Shown: piece by piece, positions 9,379 to 19,037 of the stretch
Layout: each line of letters opens with the position of its first letter
How positions within the stretch are numbered: position 1 is the first letter of the stretch
NCBI GenBank assembly: GCA_963735055.1
Contig: CAVTJN010000019.1
Location: 329,547 to 393,546 of the forward strand
Length of the DNA: 64,000 nt
Direction: 5' to 3'
DNA from: an uncultured Chloroflexia bacterium
GTDB lineage: Bacteria; Chloroflexota; Dehalococcoidia; Dehalococcoidales; UBA2162
The notes under the pieces: model-generated
What the model saw: only the letters and a program-made list of their open reading frames with translations
Databases searched by the model: none
Told to the model about the DNA's origin: nothing
Position numbers and translations under genes: made by a program

Positions 9379-9407
9379 TTGACAACAGTGACGGGCTGTA
9401 GTTGAAT
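9379..9407 (+). promoter_or_regulatory. Promoter candidate for pgk-apgM-tpiA
   Basis: TTGACA (9379-9384), 17 nt, TTGAAT (9402-9407). Confidence 0.4.
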
Positions 9408-9428
9408 CAACCTGAATTCGGAGGTGGC

Positions 9429-10649
9429 ATGATGGACAAAGCCTCGGTCCGAGATGTCAGTGTCAACGGCAAGAGAGTCCTGGTCAGGGTCGACTTCAAC
9501 GTTCCGATCGAGGAGAAGTCCGGCAAGATCACCGACGACGGCCGGATACGGGCGGCGCTGCCGACAATCAGATACCTGATCGAAAACGGAGCCATGGTCA
9601 TCCTCGCCTCGCATCTCGGCCGTCCTGACGGCAAGGTGGTCGACAGCATGAGGATGGGTCCGGTGGCGCGGCGGCTGTCCGAGCTGCTGGGCAAGGACGT
9701 GGCCACCACGGACGACTGCGTGGGGCCGGAGACGGAACGGACGGCGGCGCGCCTTCGAAAAGGCGACGTGCTACTGATTGAAAACCTCCGATTCCACCCC
9801 GAGGAGGAAGCCAACGTGCCGGCCTTCGCCGATGCGCTGGCCCGCCTCGCCGACATCTACGTTGACGACGCCTTCGGCACGGCCCACCGCAAACATGCCT
9901 CGATCGTCGGCGTGGCCCGGGACCGACCATCGGTGGCGGGGCTACTGATGGAGAGAGAACTCCAGATGCTGGGCGGACTCCTGGAGAGTCCGGCGCATCC
10001 TTTCTGCGCCCTGCTCGGCGGGGCCAAGATCAGCGACAAGATCGGCCTGCTGGGTTCGATCATGGGCAAGGTCGACCGCGTTCTGATCGGCGGCGGCATG
10101 GCAGCTACCTTTCTCCGGGCAAAGGGCCATGGTACCGGCCTGTCACTCACCGAAGAAGATCGCATAGGCACCGCCGCGGAGATAATGAGGGAGGCGGAAA
10201 AGCGTAACATACGACTGCTGTTGCCGGCTGACGTACTGGTCGCGGACAAGATCGGACCCGATGCGGCAAGCCGGACCGTCCCGTCCGATGCCGTGCCGTC
10301 CGACATGAGGATCGTCGACATCGGCACCAATGCAATATCGAGCTTTAAGGACCAGTTGAAGGACTCCAAAACCGTCTTCTGGAACGGACCCATGGGTATC
10401 TATGAAATCCCCGCCTTCAGCGCAGGCACGCAGGCCATGGCCAAAACGATCGCCGGTCTTCAGGCAAGCACCGTCATCGGCGGGGGCTCCACGGCCGACA
10501 TCGTGGCCAGCCTGGGATTGGAGGAAAAAATGACTTTCGTATCCACCGGCGGAGGCGCCTCACTGTCGTTCCTCAGCGGCGAGAAGCTGCCCGGAGTGGA
10601 GGCCCTTTGGGATAAGCGGCGCTTTCAAGATGGGGGCGCGGTAAAGTAA
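9429..10649 (+). CDS. pgk: Phosphoglycerate kinase
   Basis: ..VLVRVDFNVP..ILASHLGRP..GGGASLSFL.. ATG follows the GGAGGTGG RBS. ORF track start 9402 is an upstream TTG. Confidence 0.9.
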   Translation: MMDKASVRDVSVNGKRVLVRVDFNVPIEEKSGKITDDGRIRAALPTIRYLIENGAMVILASHLGRPDGKVVDSMRMGPVARRLSELLGKDVATTDDCVGPETERTAARLRKGDVLLIENLRFHPEEEANVPAFADALARLADIYVDDAFGTAHRKHASIVGVARDRPSVAGLLMERELQMLGGLLESPAHPFCALLGGAKISDKIGLLGSIMGKVDRVLIGGGMAATFLRAKGHGTGLSLTEEDRIGTAAEIMREAEKRNIRLLLPADVLVADKIGPDAASRTVPSDAVPSDMRIVDIGTNAISSFKDQLKDSKTVFWNGPMGIYEIPAFSAGTQAMAKTIAGLQASTVIGGGSTADIVASLGLEEKMTFVSTGGGASLSFLSGEKLPGVEALWDKRRFQDGGAVK

Positions 10650-11857
10650 TGATGTCCAGTCTCAGCCTGATGAAGTCGCTCTCTCAGCCGTCCCCGCAGA
10701 AGATTTTCCTGCTGGTTATCGACGGGCTGGGCGGACTGCCGCATCCTGACACCGGGAAGACGGAACTGGAGACGGCCAGGAAACCGAACCTGGACGGATT
10801 GGCGGCAAGAGGAATCTGCGGACTGGCCGACCCGGTTGGTCCGGGCATAACGCCGGGCAGCGCCCCGGGACACCTGGCTTTGTTTGGCTATGACCCGATT
10901 GAGTTCAATATCGGGCGGGGAGTGCTGGAGGCGGTGGGCGTTGACTTCGATCTCAGGCCGGGAGACGTTGCCACGCGAGGCAACTTCTGTACTGTCGACG
11001 CCGATGGAAACGTGACAGACCGCCGGGCGGGGCGTATCACGACCGAAAAGTGCGCCGAGCTGTGCCGGTTCCTCGACGGGACCACCGTCGAAAACACGAC
11101 GGTATTCGTTTGGCCGGTGAAGGAACACCGCTTCATCGCGGTGTTCCGGGGCGGGACGCTGTCGGCAGAAGCGTCCGACTCCGACCCGCAAATGACCGGA
11201 GTGCCTGCCAAACCGGTAGCCGCCCTCAGTCCCAATGCCGAAACGATGGCCCGAGTGGCCAACGAATTCATCCGCCAGGCAGGAAGGAAGCTGGCCCAGC
11301 ATCGCCCGGCCAACATGGTGCTGCTCCGCGGCTTTTCGCAGCATCCGCACTGGCCCGCCATGGCAGAAGTCTACCGGATGAAGGCGGCCGCTATTGCCAG
11401 CTATCCGATGTACCGCGGCCTGGCCCGACTCGTCGGCATGCAGATTCTGACCACGGGGGCCAGTATCGCCGAAGAGTTCGCCACCGCGGCAGCTAACTAC
11501 AAGGATTTCGATTTCCTGTTCATACACGTCAAAGGAGCAGACGCGGCCGGCGAAGATGGAGACTTCGAGCGTAAGGTCAGTGTGATCGAAGAGGTCGACC
11601 GGGCCCTGCCGTCGCTGCTTGCCCTCAAGCCTGATGTCATCGTCGTCACCGGCGATCATTCGACGCCGGCAGGGTTAAAGGGCCACAGCTGGCACCCGGT
11701 GCCGGCACTTCTCTGCTCAGAGGTATGCCGTGCCGACCGGGCGACGGAGTTCTCGGAATCGGCCTGCCTGACCGGCGGGCTGGGACGAATCCCGGCGACC
11801 GCGCTCATGCCATTGGCCATGGCCAATGCGTTCAAACTGACAAAATACGGCGCTTAG
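10649..11857 (+). CDS. apgM: Cofactor-independent phosphoglycerate mutase, archaeal-type
   Basis: 402 aa with ..LLVIDGLGG..FIHVKGADAAGEDGD..VVTGDHSTP.. Start overlaps the pgk stop (TAATG). Confidence 0.8.
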   Translation: MMSSLSLMKSLSQPSPQKIFLLVIDGLGGLPHPDTGKTELETARKPNLDGLAARGICGLADPVGPGITPGSAPGHLALFGYDPIEFNIGRGVLEAVGVDFDLRPGDVATRGNFCTVDADGNVTDRRAGRITTEKCAELCRFLDGTTVENTTVFVWPVKEHRFIAVFRGGTLSAEASDSDPQMTGVPAKPVAALSPNAETMARVANEFIRQAGRKLAQHRPANMVLLRGFSQHPHWPAMAEVYRMKAAAIASYPMYRGLARLVGMQILTTGASIAEEFATAAANYKDFDFLFIHVKGADAAGEDGDFERKVSVIEEVDRALPSLLALKPDVIVVTGDHSTPAGLKGHSWHPVPALLCSEVCRADRATEFSESACLTGGLGRIPATALMPLAMANAFKLTKYGA

Positions 11858-11868
11858 AAAGGAACAAG

Positions 11869-12648
11869 ATGCAGAACCAGGCACGCGTGCCCTTGATTGC
11901 CGGCAACTGGAAGATGAACACTACTGTTGACGAGGCCAGGCGACTGGCACGGCAGATCGGCCCGGCTCTTGACGGAATCGGGGGTGTCGAGAAGGTCGTC
12001 TGCCCGCCATTTGTTTCCCTGGCCGCCGTTGCAGAAGCCCTGCAGAACTCCTCGGTAAAGGTGGGGGCACAGAACGTCTTTTTCGAAGAGAAGGGCGCCT
12101 ACACCGGAGAGGTCTCTCCATTGATGCTGGCGGGCTTGTGTCAGTACGTCATCATCGGGCATTCGGAAAGACGCCAGTACTTCAACGAGACTGGAGCCGT
12201 CATCAACAAGAAGATCAGGGCCGTTATCAAGGCGGGTCTGAAGCCGATTCTCTGCGTCGGCGAGAAGCTGGAAGAAAACGAAGGGGGCCGGACCGCCCAG
12301 GTGGTGGTCGACCAACTCAAATCGGCACTAGTTGACATAACCATGGCCAACGGACTTGTCATCGCCTATGAACCCATCTGGGCAATCGGTACCGGCAGGG
12401 CGGCCACCGGGAAGCAATCCAACGAGACGATCGGCCTCATCAGGAGCACCGTGGGGTCCTTGATCAATCGGACGGTGGCGGCTGAAATGCGGATTCTCTA
12501 TGGCGGCAGCGTCACAGCGGAGAACATCACGGAGTTCATCAGCCAGCCGGACATTGACGGGGGCCTGGTGGGCGGCGCAAGCCTCAAAGCCGAGCAGTTC
12601 ATCGACATCGTGCGGAAGGCGGCCGAGATCAAGGGGATGTCTGCCTAA
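11869..12648 (+). CDS. tpiA: Triosephosphate isomerase
   Basis: ..PLIAGNWKMN..IIGHSERR..AYEPIWAIGTG..GGASL.. Confidence 0.9.
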   Translation: MQNQARVPLIAGNWKMNTTVDEARRLARQIGPALDGIGGVEKVVCPPFVSLAAVAEALQNSSVKVGAQNVFFEEKGAYTGEVSPLMLAGLCQYVIIGHSERRQYFNETGAVINKKIRAVIKAGLKPILCVGEKLEENEGGRTAQVVVDQLKSALVDITMANGLVIAYEPIWAIGTGRAATGKQSNETIGLIRSTVGSLINRTVAAEMRILYGGSVTAENITEFISQPDIDGGLVGGASLKAEQFIDIVRKAAEIKGMSA

Positions 12649-12713
12649 GAGGGTTGCACAGGCCAAAGCCCGCCGATGCGGCAGGTTACTCCAGACGGCG
12701 AAAAAAGAACTCA

Positions 12714-13649
12714 ATGCATGAACGCGTGGTTGCCATCGTCGGCCCTACCGGCGTGGGGAAGAGCCGCATGGCTCTCAGTCTGGCGCAGAAGATTCACGGC
12801 GAAATCGTCGGCGCCGACAGCCGCCAGACATATCGCGGCATGGACATCGGGACCGCCAAACCCACTCCCCTGGAGCGGGCACAGGTCCCTCACCACCTCA
12901 TTGACATCGTTGAGCCCGACGGCGACTTCAATCTGGCACTGTACCAGCGTTTGGCCTATCAGACCCTGGCCGACATCCGGCGCCGCCACAAGATCCCGCT
13001 GCTGGTGGGCGGGACGGGGCTTTACGTCTGGGCGGTGGTGGAGGGCTGGGACATACCCGAGATCGCCCCTGACACCGGATTGCGGCGGCAACTGGAGAAG
13101 CGAGCCGCTCTCGGGGAGGCGGATGCTCTCTTTGAAGAACTGGCAAAGATCGATCCCGAGTCAGCGCAGCGAATTGATCCAAGGAATATCCGCCGTGTTA
13201 TTCGCGCGCTTGAAGTCTCGACGACGGCGACGGTCCCTTTCTCCAAACTGCAGCGGAAAACGTCGCCCCCTTTCGAGACCCGGATTATCGGTCTCACCGC
13301 GGCACGGGCCAGCCTGTACCACCGCATCGATGCCCGGGTCGACCGCATGATGACGGAGGGACTGGTCGAAGAAGTCCGGAACCTGGTCAGCAGAGGCTAC
13401 AATTTCGATCTGCCCGCGATGTCGGGCATCGGCTACCGGCAAATCGGGGACTACCTGGCCGGCAGGGCCTCGCTGGAATCGGCCGTCCAGCAGATCAAGT
13501 ACGAAACGCACCGCTTCGTCCGCCGCCAGTACAACTGGTTCCGGCTGTCGGACAAGCGAATCTCCTGGTTCGACATCGAGGACGCCGGCGTGGAGGAGCG
13601 AATTCAGGCGGAGGTGATGGCTTTCCTGAACCCCGCTATTCCAGAATGA
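12714..13649 (+). CDS. miaA: tRNA dimethylallyltransferase
   Basis: P-loop AIVGPTGVGKS, then ..DSRQTYRGMDIGTAKP..HHLID.. Confidence 0.9.
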   Translation: MHERVVAIVGPTGVGKSRMALSLAQKIHGEIVGADSRQTYRGMDIGTAKPTPLERAQVPHHLIDIVEPDGDFNLALYQRLAYQTLADIRRRHKIPLLVGGTGLYVWAVVEGWDIPEIAPDTGLRRQLEKRAALGEADALFEELAKIDPESAQRIDPRNIRRVIRALEVSTTATVPFSKLQRKTSPPFETRIIGLTAARASLYHRIDARVDRMMTEGLVEEVRNLVSRGYNFDLPAMSGIGYRQIGDYLAGRASLESAVQQIKYETHRFVRRQYNWFRLSDKRISWFDIEDAGVEERIQAEVMAFLNPAIPE

Positions 13650-14472
13650 TGTTGTCCAGCAGCCGGGGTCTGCCGATCTTCACTGCCAGGGAGATGACAA
13701 CCGGAGGCTTGACCTCATCCAACTCCTCGAGCGTGTCGGCGTTGGCCAGGCTGATGTAGTCGATCCTCTGGACAAGGGCCTCTTCTTGAATCAACTCCAT
13801 CATTGCCCGTCGGATGCGTTCCGCGTTCCGTTCGCCTTTCAACCACATGTCCCGGGCTTCGTTCAGCGACCGTGACAGCACGGCGGCGGCGCGCCGCTCG
13901 GCGGGGTTGAGATAAGTGTTACGGCTGCTCATGGCCAGCCCGTCGGGCTCGCGCACGGTGGGCACGATCACCACTTCGAGGTTCATGTTGAGATCGGTTA
14001 CCATCCGCCTGATGACAACGCATTGCTGAGCGTCTTTCTGACCGAAGTAGGCCCGGGCCGGCTCGACGATGTTGAAAAGCTTGTTGCACACGGTAGCCAC
14101 ACCACGGAAGTGCCCGGGACGAGAAGCGCCTTCGAGCCTCTCGGTGACCTTTTCCACGTCTACCCAGGTATTGAAATGAGGAGGATACACTTCAGAGGGG
14201 GGCGGTATGAAGACGACATCCGTGCCGACCGTTCCCAACATCGCCACGTCCCTCGGGATATCGCGCGGATAGGATGCGAAATCATCGCTGGGACCGAATT
14301 GGCTCGGGTTGACGAAAATGCTGACCACGGCATGGGGATTTTCCGATTTCGCCCGCCTCACCAGCTCCAGGTGACCTTCGTGCAGATAACCCATGGTCGG
14401 CACCAGGCCCACCGCGCCCTTCATTTCGCGCCGGACCCGTTTCATCTCGGCGATCGATTCAACTACGATCAT
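13636..14472 (-). CDS. panC: Pantoate--beta-alanine ligase
   Basis: ..VPTMGYLHEGHLELVR..FVNPSQF..AYFGQKDAQQ.. Confidence 0.9.
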   Translation of the reverse strand: MIVVESIAEMKRVRREMKGAVGLVPTMGYLHEGHLELVRRAKSENPHAVVSIFVNPSQFGPSDDFASYPRDIPRDVAMLGTVGTDVVFIPPPSEVYPPHFNTWVDVEKVTERLEGASRPGHFRGVATVCNKLFNIVEPARAYFGQKDAQQCVVIRRMVTDLNMNLEVVIVPTVREPDGLAMSSRNTYLNPAERRAAAVLSRSLNEARDMWLKGERNAERIRRAMMELIQEEALVQRIDYISLANADTLEELDEVKPPVVISLAVKIGRPRLLDNIILE

Positions 14473-14504
14473 GGAATCTCACCCCCTTTTCGCGGCCCAC
14501 GAGG

Positions 14505-14538
14505 CCCCAAACGGAAAAGGCACGGCGTGCCGTGCCTT
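14505..14538 (-). terminator. Hairpin plus U-rich tract between panB and panC (partial terminator or processing site?)
   Basis: Minus strand reads AAGGCACG-GCACGC-CGTGCCTT followed by TTCCGTTTGG, inside the 114-nt panB-panC spacer. Confidence 0.3.
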
Positions 14539-14586
14539 AAGGATCGAGGTTGGTATTCATCTCGCCGGTTTCCGGAGAGCCGCCTG

Positions 14587-15414
14587 CTACTTCTTGAGTT
14601 CAGCAAGCAGGCTCTCATCCATCGTGAAGCTGTTCTTCTCGGTGGGGAAAGCCCCAGTCTTTACTTCGCCGTAGTACTCGGTGACCGCCTGCCTCATGAT
14701 CTCGCCAATGCTGGCATATTTCTTGGCCAGCTTGGGCACCCGGTCGGACAGGCCGAAGACATCATGGATGACCAGTACCTGGCCGTCGCAGCCGTCTCCG
14801 GCGCCGATGCCAATTGTCGGAATCGTCAGTCTCCGGGAAATCAGGGTGGCCAGCGGAGTTGGCACCTGCTCCAGGACCACTGAAAAAGCCCCGGCCTCTT
14901 CAAGCGCCAGGGCGTCCTGAAGCAATTGAGATGCCGCCTCGGGAGTCTTCCCCTGGACCCTCCAACCACCCAGCTGATTGACTGATTGCGGGGTCAGTCC
15001 GATGTGTCCCATTACCGGGATCCCGCACTGTACCATCTTCTTCACTTTGTCGGCGACGGTAACGCCGCCCTCCAGTTTCACGCTCTGGCAGCCGGCTTCC
15101 TGGATGAACCGGGCCGCGTTACGCAGGGCATCCTCGATACTGATATGGTAGGTCATGAAGGGCATATCGCCGACAATCAATGCCTTGTTCGTACCACGCA
15201 CCACGGCTTTGGTATGGTGGATCATCACATCCATAGTCACCGGTATCGGAGTCTCGTATCCGAGAACGACCATACCGAGGCTGTCACCGACCAGTATCAG
15301 AGGAACGCCGACCTCATCGACGATCTTGGCTGTGGAGTAGTCGTACGCGGTGAGCATGGCGATCTTCTCGCCCTTCTGCTTCATCTCCTTTATCTGGGCG
15401 ATGTTCACACGCAT
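14587..15414 (-). CDS. panB: 3-methyl-2-oxobutanoate hydroxymethyltransferase
   Basis: ..MLTAYDY..ILVGDSLGMVVLGY..VKLEGG.. Confidence 0.9.
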   Translation of the reverse strand: MRVNIAQIKEMKQKGEKIAMLTAYDYSTAKIVDEVGVPLILVGDSLGMVVLGYETPIPVTMDVMIHHTKAVVRGTNKALIVGDMPFMTYHISIEDALRNAARFIQEAGCQSVKLEGGVTVADKVKKMVQCGIPVMGHIGLTPQSVNQLGGWRVQGKTPEAASQLLQDALALEEAGAFSVVLEQVPTPLATLISRRLTIPTIGIGAGDGCDGQVLVIHDVFGLSDRVPKLAKKYASIGEIMRQAVTEYYGEVKTGAFPTEKNSFTMDESLLAELKK

Positions 15415-15797
15415 TATTGGGCCTCCAGCACCGTCATCAGGCGGTGTCCCCGTTTTGCCTCCACAATAGCATTGTCCGCATTGACGTAGACCAATCTGGG
15501 GGATGCCCGGCGCGCCTCTTCCTCGGGGACCTGGTGATAGCAGAGGATTATTACGATGTCACCTCTGGCCGCAAGCCTGGCGGCCGCTCCGTTGACGCAG
15601 ATCTCGCCCCGCTCGCCTTCGATGGCGTAGGTGGTGAAGCGAGCACCGTTGTTCACGTTCACCACATCAACTTGCTCATAGGGGAGGATATCGGCGGCCT
15701 CCATGAGCTTGCGGTCGATCGTGATACTGCCTTCGTAGTTGATATTAGAGTCGGTTACGCGGGCCCGGTGGATCTTGCTCTTCAACATTACTCGCAT
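15414..15797 (-). CDS. panD: Aspartate 1-decarboxylase
   Basis: ..[25 protein letters not shown].. (the GS processing site is present). The ATG at 15797 sits 6 nt after GGGGGTG. ORF track start 15806 is a GTG. Confidence 0.85.
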   Translation of the reverse strand: MRVMLKSKIHRARVTDSNINYEGSITIDRKLMEAADILPYEQVDVVNVNNGARFTTYAIEGERGEICVNGAAARLAARGDIVIILCYHQVPEEEARRASPRLVYVNADNAIVEAKRGHRLMTVLEAQ

Positions 15798-15802
15798 GGT
15801 GA

Positions 15803-16699
15803 TCACCCCCTACTCGTAGTCGCACCAATTTGCGCGGGAACGGGTTGCCGCAACAAAGCCAACAGCGCGTCGGCGGCAGCTTCGTCGATCTTGCCCTTGG
15901 AGACGGAAATCGGGACCGTCTCCAGTCCGAGTTCACGGTAGATCATCGCCACAGCGGGCGCCGCAGCGTCCAGTGCGACGAGATGCTTGCGCACCGTGCC
16001 GGCATCACCCCGGGCAATCGGCCCGGTAAGACAATCGGGGATGCCCACACTCTCCAGGTTATTCAGAGTCCCCTTGAGCAAAGGCATCAGTGCCCTGACC
16101 GCGTCCGCTCTCGGCACACCAAACGACCGCCACAAATCAGTGGAGAGCTTAACCAGGGTAACCAGATAATTGCAGGCGATCACGGCCGAGGCATGATAGA
16201 GGACTTTGTCACTGGCCTTCAGTTCGATTGAGTAGCAGTTAAGGGCTGCGGCCATTGCCTTGAGAGTCGCCCGCAGCGGTTCTTCAGCTTCGATCGCGAA
16301 GGTAGAGCCGGGGATATTGTCGACCGCCTGTTTGACGCCGGCGAACGTTTGAAGCGGATGAAACGCACCGACATCGGCACCGAGAGCCTTGGCCGGCTGC
16401 AGCACGGCCGTTGAATCGGCTCCACTGCAATGGACCACGCATTGTCCGGACCGCCATTTGACCTGAGCGGCAACTTGGCCGATGGCGCCGTCCGGGGTGG
16501 TGATGAAGACGATATCGGCGGCATCCGCCGCGGCCTGCGCACTTGGCACCGCCTGGCAGCCCGGGACCGCACCGGCGAGTCTCTCGGCAGAGGCAAAAGT
16601 CCGGCTGGCAGTCGCGGACACTATATACCCGCTGCCACTCAGCCTGATCGCCAGCGCCGTACCCACCGTGCCGGCTCCGATGAACCCTACTCTGAGCAC
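15803..16699 (-). CDS. Rossmann-fold NAD(P) oxidoreductase with DUF2520-like C-terminal domain; candidate ketopantoate reductase (PanG-like)
   Basis: Contains [11 protein letters not shown], then ..[27 protein letters not shown].. It is the first gene of the pan operon. GTG start after GAGGTGG. Confidence 0.55.
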   Translation of the reverse strand: MLRVGFIGAGTVGTALAIRLSGSGYIVSATASRTFASAERLAGAVPGCQAVPSAQAAADAADIVFITTPDGAIGQVAAQVKWRSGQCVVHCSGADSTAVLQPAKALGADVGAFHPLQTFAGVKQAVDNIPGSTFAIEAEEPLRATLKAMAAALNCYSIELKASDKVLYHASAVIACNYLVTLVKLSTDLWRSFGVPRADAVRALMPLLKGTLNNLESVGIPDCLTGPIARGDAGTVRKHLVALDAAAPAVAMIYRELGLETVPISVSKGKIDEAAADALLALLRQPVPAQIGATTSRG

Positions 16700-16717
16700 T
16701 TCGCCACCTCGCTCAAG

Positions 16718-16753
16718 AATAAAAAAGGCCTTCCCGGACGTGCCGAGGAGGCC
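16718..16753 (-). terminator. Intrinsic terminator inside the pan operon leader (attenuator / riboswitch expression platform candidate)
   Basis: Minus strand: GGCCTCCTCGG-CACGT-CCGGGAAGGCC (10 of 11 positions pair) followed by TTTTTTATT. It ends ~10 nt before the RBS of the first pan gene. Confidence 0.6.
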
Positions 16754-16756
16754 TCA

Positions 16757-16771
16757 AATATCATTGATATT
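16757..16771. promoter_or_regulatory. Perfect 15-bp AT-rich palindrome in the pan leader
   Basis: AATATCA-T-TGATATT, immediately 5' of the leader terminator. Conspicuously AT-rich in a GC-rich context. Confidence 0.3.
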
Positions 16772-16883
16772 CTGCCGTCTCGGTCGTCCCCGATCCAAGC
16801 GACTACATATTGTTAAGGATACCCAGCCTGGCGCTCACCGTCCCATTCCTGCGGATCGATGGCCCCTTCGGCTTTCACCTACT

Positions 16884-16912
16884 ATGATATGGCCGGAAAT
16901 TCATTTTGTCAA
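16884..16912 (-). promoter_or_regulatory. Promoter of the pan operon
   Basis: Minus strand: TTGACA (16912-16907), 17 nt, TATCAT (16889-16884). This implies a leader of ~180 nt. Confidence 0.55.
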
Positions 16913-16933
16913 TAGCATCGGGTTCAGTTCCAC

Positions 16934-16962
16934 TTGAATCTGAGCGGCAAAGCGGATAGAAT
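16934..16962 (+). promoter_or_regulatory. Divergent promoter for the FAD-dependent reductase gene
   Basis: TTGAAT (16934-16939), 17 nt, TAGAAT (16957-16962). Confidence 0.45.
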
Positions 16963-17012
16963 TTCGAGACACTCCTTACCAAACGGCACGCTGGAATCAG
17001 GGCAGACTCTCA

Positions 17013-18188
17013 TTGTACGACGTCTTAGTCTTGGGTGGTGGTCCGGTGGGCAGCCAGGCAGCATACAGGCTCGCCGGCATGGGCTACGCCACGGCCGTAG
17101 TTGAACAGAAGACCGACCACTCGGGTCCTGTCTGCTGCACGGGCATCATAAGCGAAGAATGCTTCCGGGCATTTGAGATCATCCCCGGAGTGTCTTTCCG
17201 CCATGTCACGAGCGCCAGCGTCTATTCCCCTTCAGGTATCAAGATACGTCTTGAGCGAGCGGCTTCCCAGGCAGTCGTCGTCGATCGGCCGGCATTCAAC
17301 GCGTTCATGGCCGAACGCGCCCGCAAGCAGGGCGCACGCTACATTTGGGAAACGCGAGCGGTGGCAGTCGAGATAAGCAGGGAAGGGGCAGCAGTCACCG
17401 TGGCATCCGGAGGAACGGAACGACATCTCGAGGCAAGAGCAGTTGTCCTGGCGACCGGGTCCAGCGCATTCCCGACCGAGCCGCTTGGGCTGGGCCAACC
17501 GCGTGATTTCGCCGGCGGCGCACAGGCAGAGGTCGAGACCCGGGGCGCGGAGGAGGTGGAGGTGTATCTGGGACGGAGGTCTGCCCCGGAGCTTTTTGCC
17601 TGGCTGGTGCCGACATCTCCTGGCCGGGCACTGGCCGGCTTGTTGTCCCGGCACGCTCCCGGGCAGCAACTCAGGAGCTTCCTGACCGTCCTCAAGGAAC
17701 GGAACAAGATCCGGCACATTGACGTTCCTTTCACGTCAGCAGCAATCCCGCTAAGAGCGGCTTCCCGGACCTACGCCGACCGGCTGCTCGTCATTGGCAC
17801 CGCTGCCGGGCTGGTGAAACCGCTTACGGGCGGGGGAATCTACTTTGGCCTGCTCTCGGCGGACATGGCGGCCGAGGTCCTTCACCACGCGTTTGACCAC
17901 AACGATCTCTCTCATCGCCAACTGGCCGACTATCAGCGCAAGTGGAAACGTCAGTTGGGACACGAGTTGAGAATAGGCAGCTGGGCACGCAGTATTCTTG
18001 AACGCCAGAGCGACGAACGCGTGGACCGCGTGTTTGACATAATGAATTCCCAAGGTAGGATCACAAGACTGCTCGGCGAAGACGATATCTCCTTCGATTG
18101 GCACGGCAAAGCAGTCCGGCACTTGCTTAGTGATGGTACTTTGGCTAAACTAATTATAGGAATGAAGAAGCCGTTCCCCCGACAATAG
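17013..18188 (+). CDS. FAD-dependent oxidoreductase, geranylgeranyl reductase family
   Basis: DVLVLGGGPVGSQAA dinucleotide-binding motif at the N-terminus; 391 aa; ..GTAAGLVKPLTGGGI.. Confidence 0.75.
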   Translation: MYDVLVLGGGPVGSQAAYRLAGMGYATAVVEQKTDHSGPVCCTGIISEECFRAFEIIPGVSFRHVTSASVYSPSGIKIRLERAASQAVVVDRPAFNAFMAERARKQGARYIWETRAVAVEISREGAAVTVASGGTERHLEARAVVLATGSSAFPTEPLGLGQPRDFAGGAQAEVETRGAEEVEVYLGRRSAPELFAWLVPTSPGRALAGLLSRHAPGQQLRSFLTVLKERNKIRHIDVPFTSAAIPLRAASRTYADRLLVIGTAAGLVKPLTGGGIYFGLLSADMAAEVLHHAFDHNDLSHRQLADYQRKWKRQLGHELRIGSWARSILERQSDERVDRVFDIMNSQGRITRLLGEDDISFDWHGKAVRHLLSDGTLAKLIIGMKKPFPRQ

Positions 18189-18227
18189 CAGTACGGAGGG
18201 CGGATTGTCCGCGGAGGAGATTGGCAA

Positions 18228-19037
18228 TTGACAAACGAGGTTGCTGAAATAGGCCTTGGCGACGCCGCAAGCCGTTTCCTAGCCACGCTGACGCCCGAGG
18301 AAAGGGCGGGAAGCCAGCCGGATCTCAATAGGTTTGTGAGATGGTTCGGAAGCCAGCGAGCGATCGCCAGCCTCAACGCCGCTGAGGTGGAAAACTACGC
18401 CGAGCGGCTATCTCAATCCGACAAAGACTACTCGAGAAAACTCGAGACCGTAAAAGCCTTTCTGGCCGGCGCCAAGAAGTCCAAATGGACAAAAAGCAAC
18501 CTGGGCACGAATCTCAAGATACGGAAGAGCAAGACCAGAGCGGCACAGACCGAAGCCACCAGGCCAGCCGCTTCCGATGAGGTGCTTCTGACGCGGCTGG
18601 GCCACGCCCAGATGGAGGCTGAACTGGCCGCCCTCAAGAAGCAGAGCGTGGAAGTGATCGAGGATATTCGCCGCGCCGCTGCTGACAAGGACTTCCGTGA
18701 AAACGCGCCGCTGCACGCGGCCCGGGAAGAAAAGGGACATATCGAAGGCCGGATCAATGCGCTTGAGGCAACGCTGAAATCGGCCAAGATCCTGGACGAA
18801 AAAGCACGGCCTTCAGTTCACGTTGCTATTGGCAATACGGTGGTCTTATGCGACCTTAGTTCCAACGAGGAGATGCGCTATACCCTGGTGAGCACCCGGG
18901 AGGTTGACCTGGTACTCGGCAAGATATCGTGCGTTTCACCCATTGGGCAGGCAGTCCTTGGCAGAAGCGAGGGCGAGACATGCGATGTCGCCGCCCCGGT
19001 GGGCAGACTGCGATACAAGATCAAGCGAGTCGAGTAA
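18228..19037 (+). CDS. GreA-family transcript cleavage factor with ~110-aa N-terminal extension
   Basis: C-terminal ~160 aa resemble GreA: a coiled coil with ..DKDFRENAPLHAA.. and an FKBP-like domain ..GKISCVSPIGQAVLGRSEGE.. TTG start after GGAGGAG. Confidence 0.7.
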   Translation: MTNEVAEIGLGDAASRFLATLTPEERAGSQPDLNRFVRWFGSQRAIASLNAAEVENYAERLSQSDKDYSRKLETVKAFLAGAKKSKWTKSNLGTNLKIRKSKTRAAQTEATRPAASDEVLLTRLGHAQMEAELAALKKQSVEVIEDIRRAAADKDFRENAPLHAAREEKGHIEGRINALEATLKSAKILDEKARPSVHVAIGNTVVLCDLSSNEEMRYTLVSTREVDLVLGKISCVSPIGQAVLGRSEGETCDVAAPVGRLRYKIKRVE

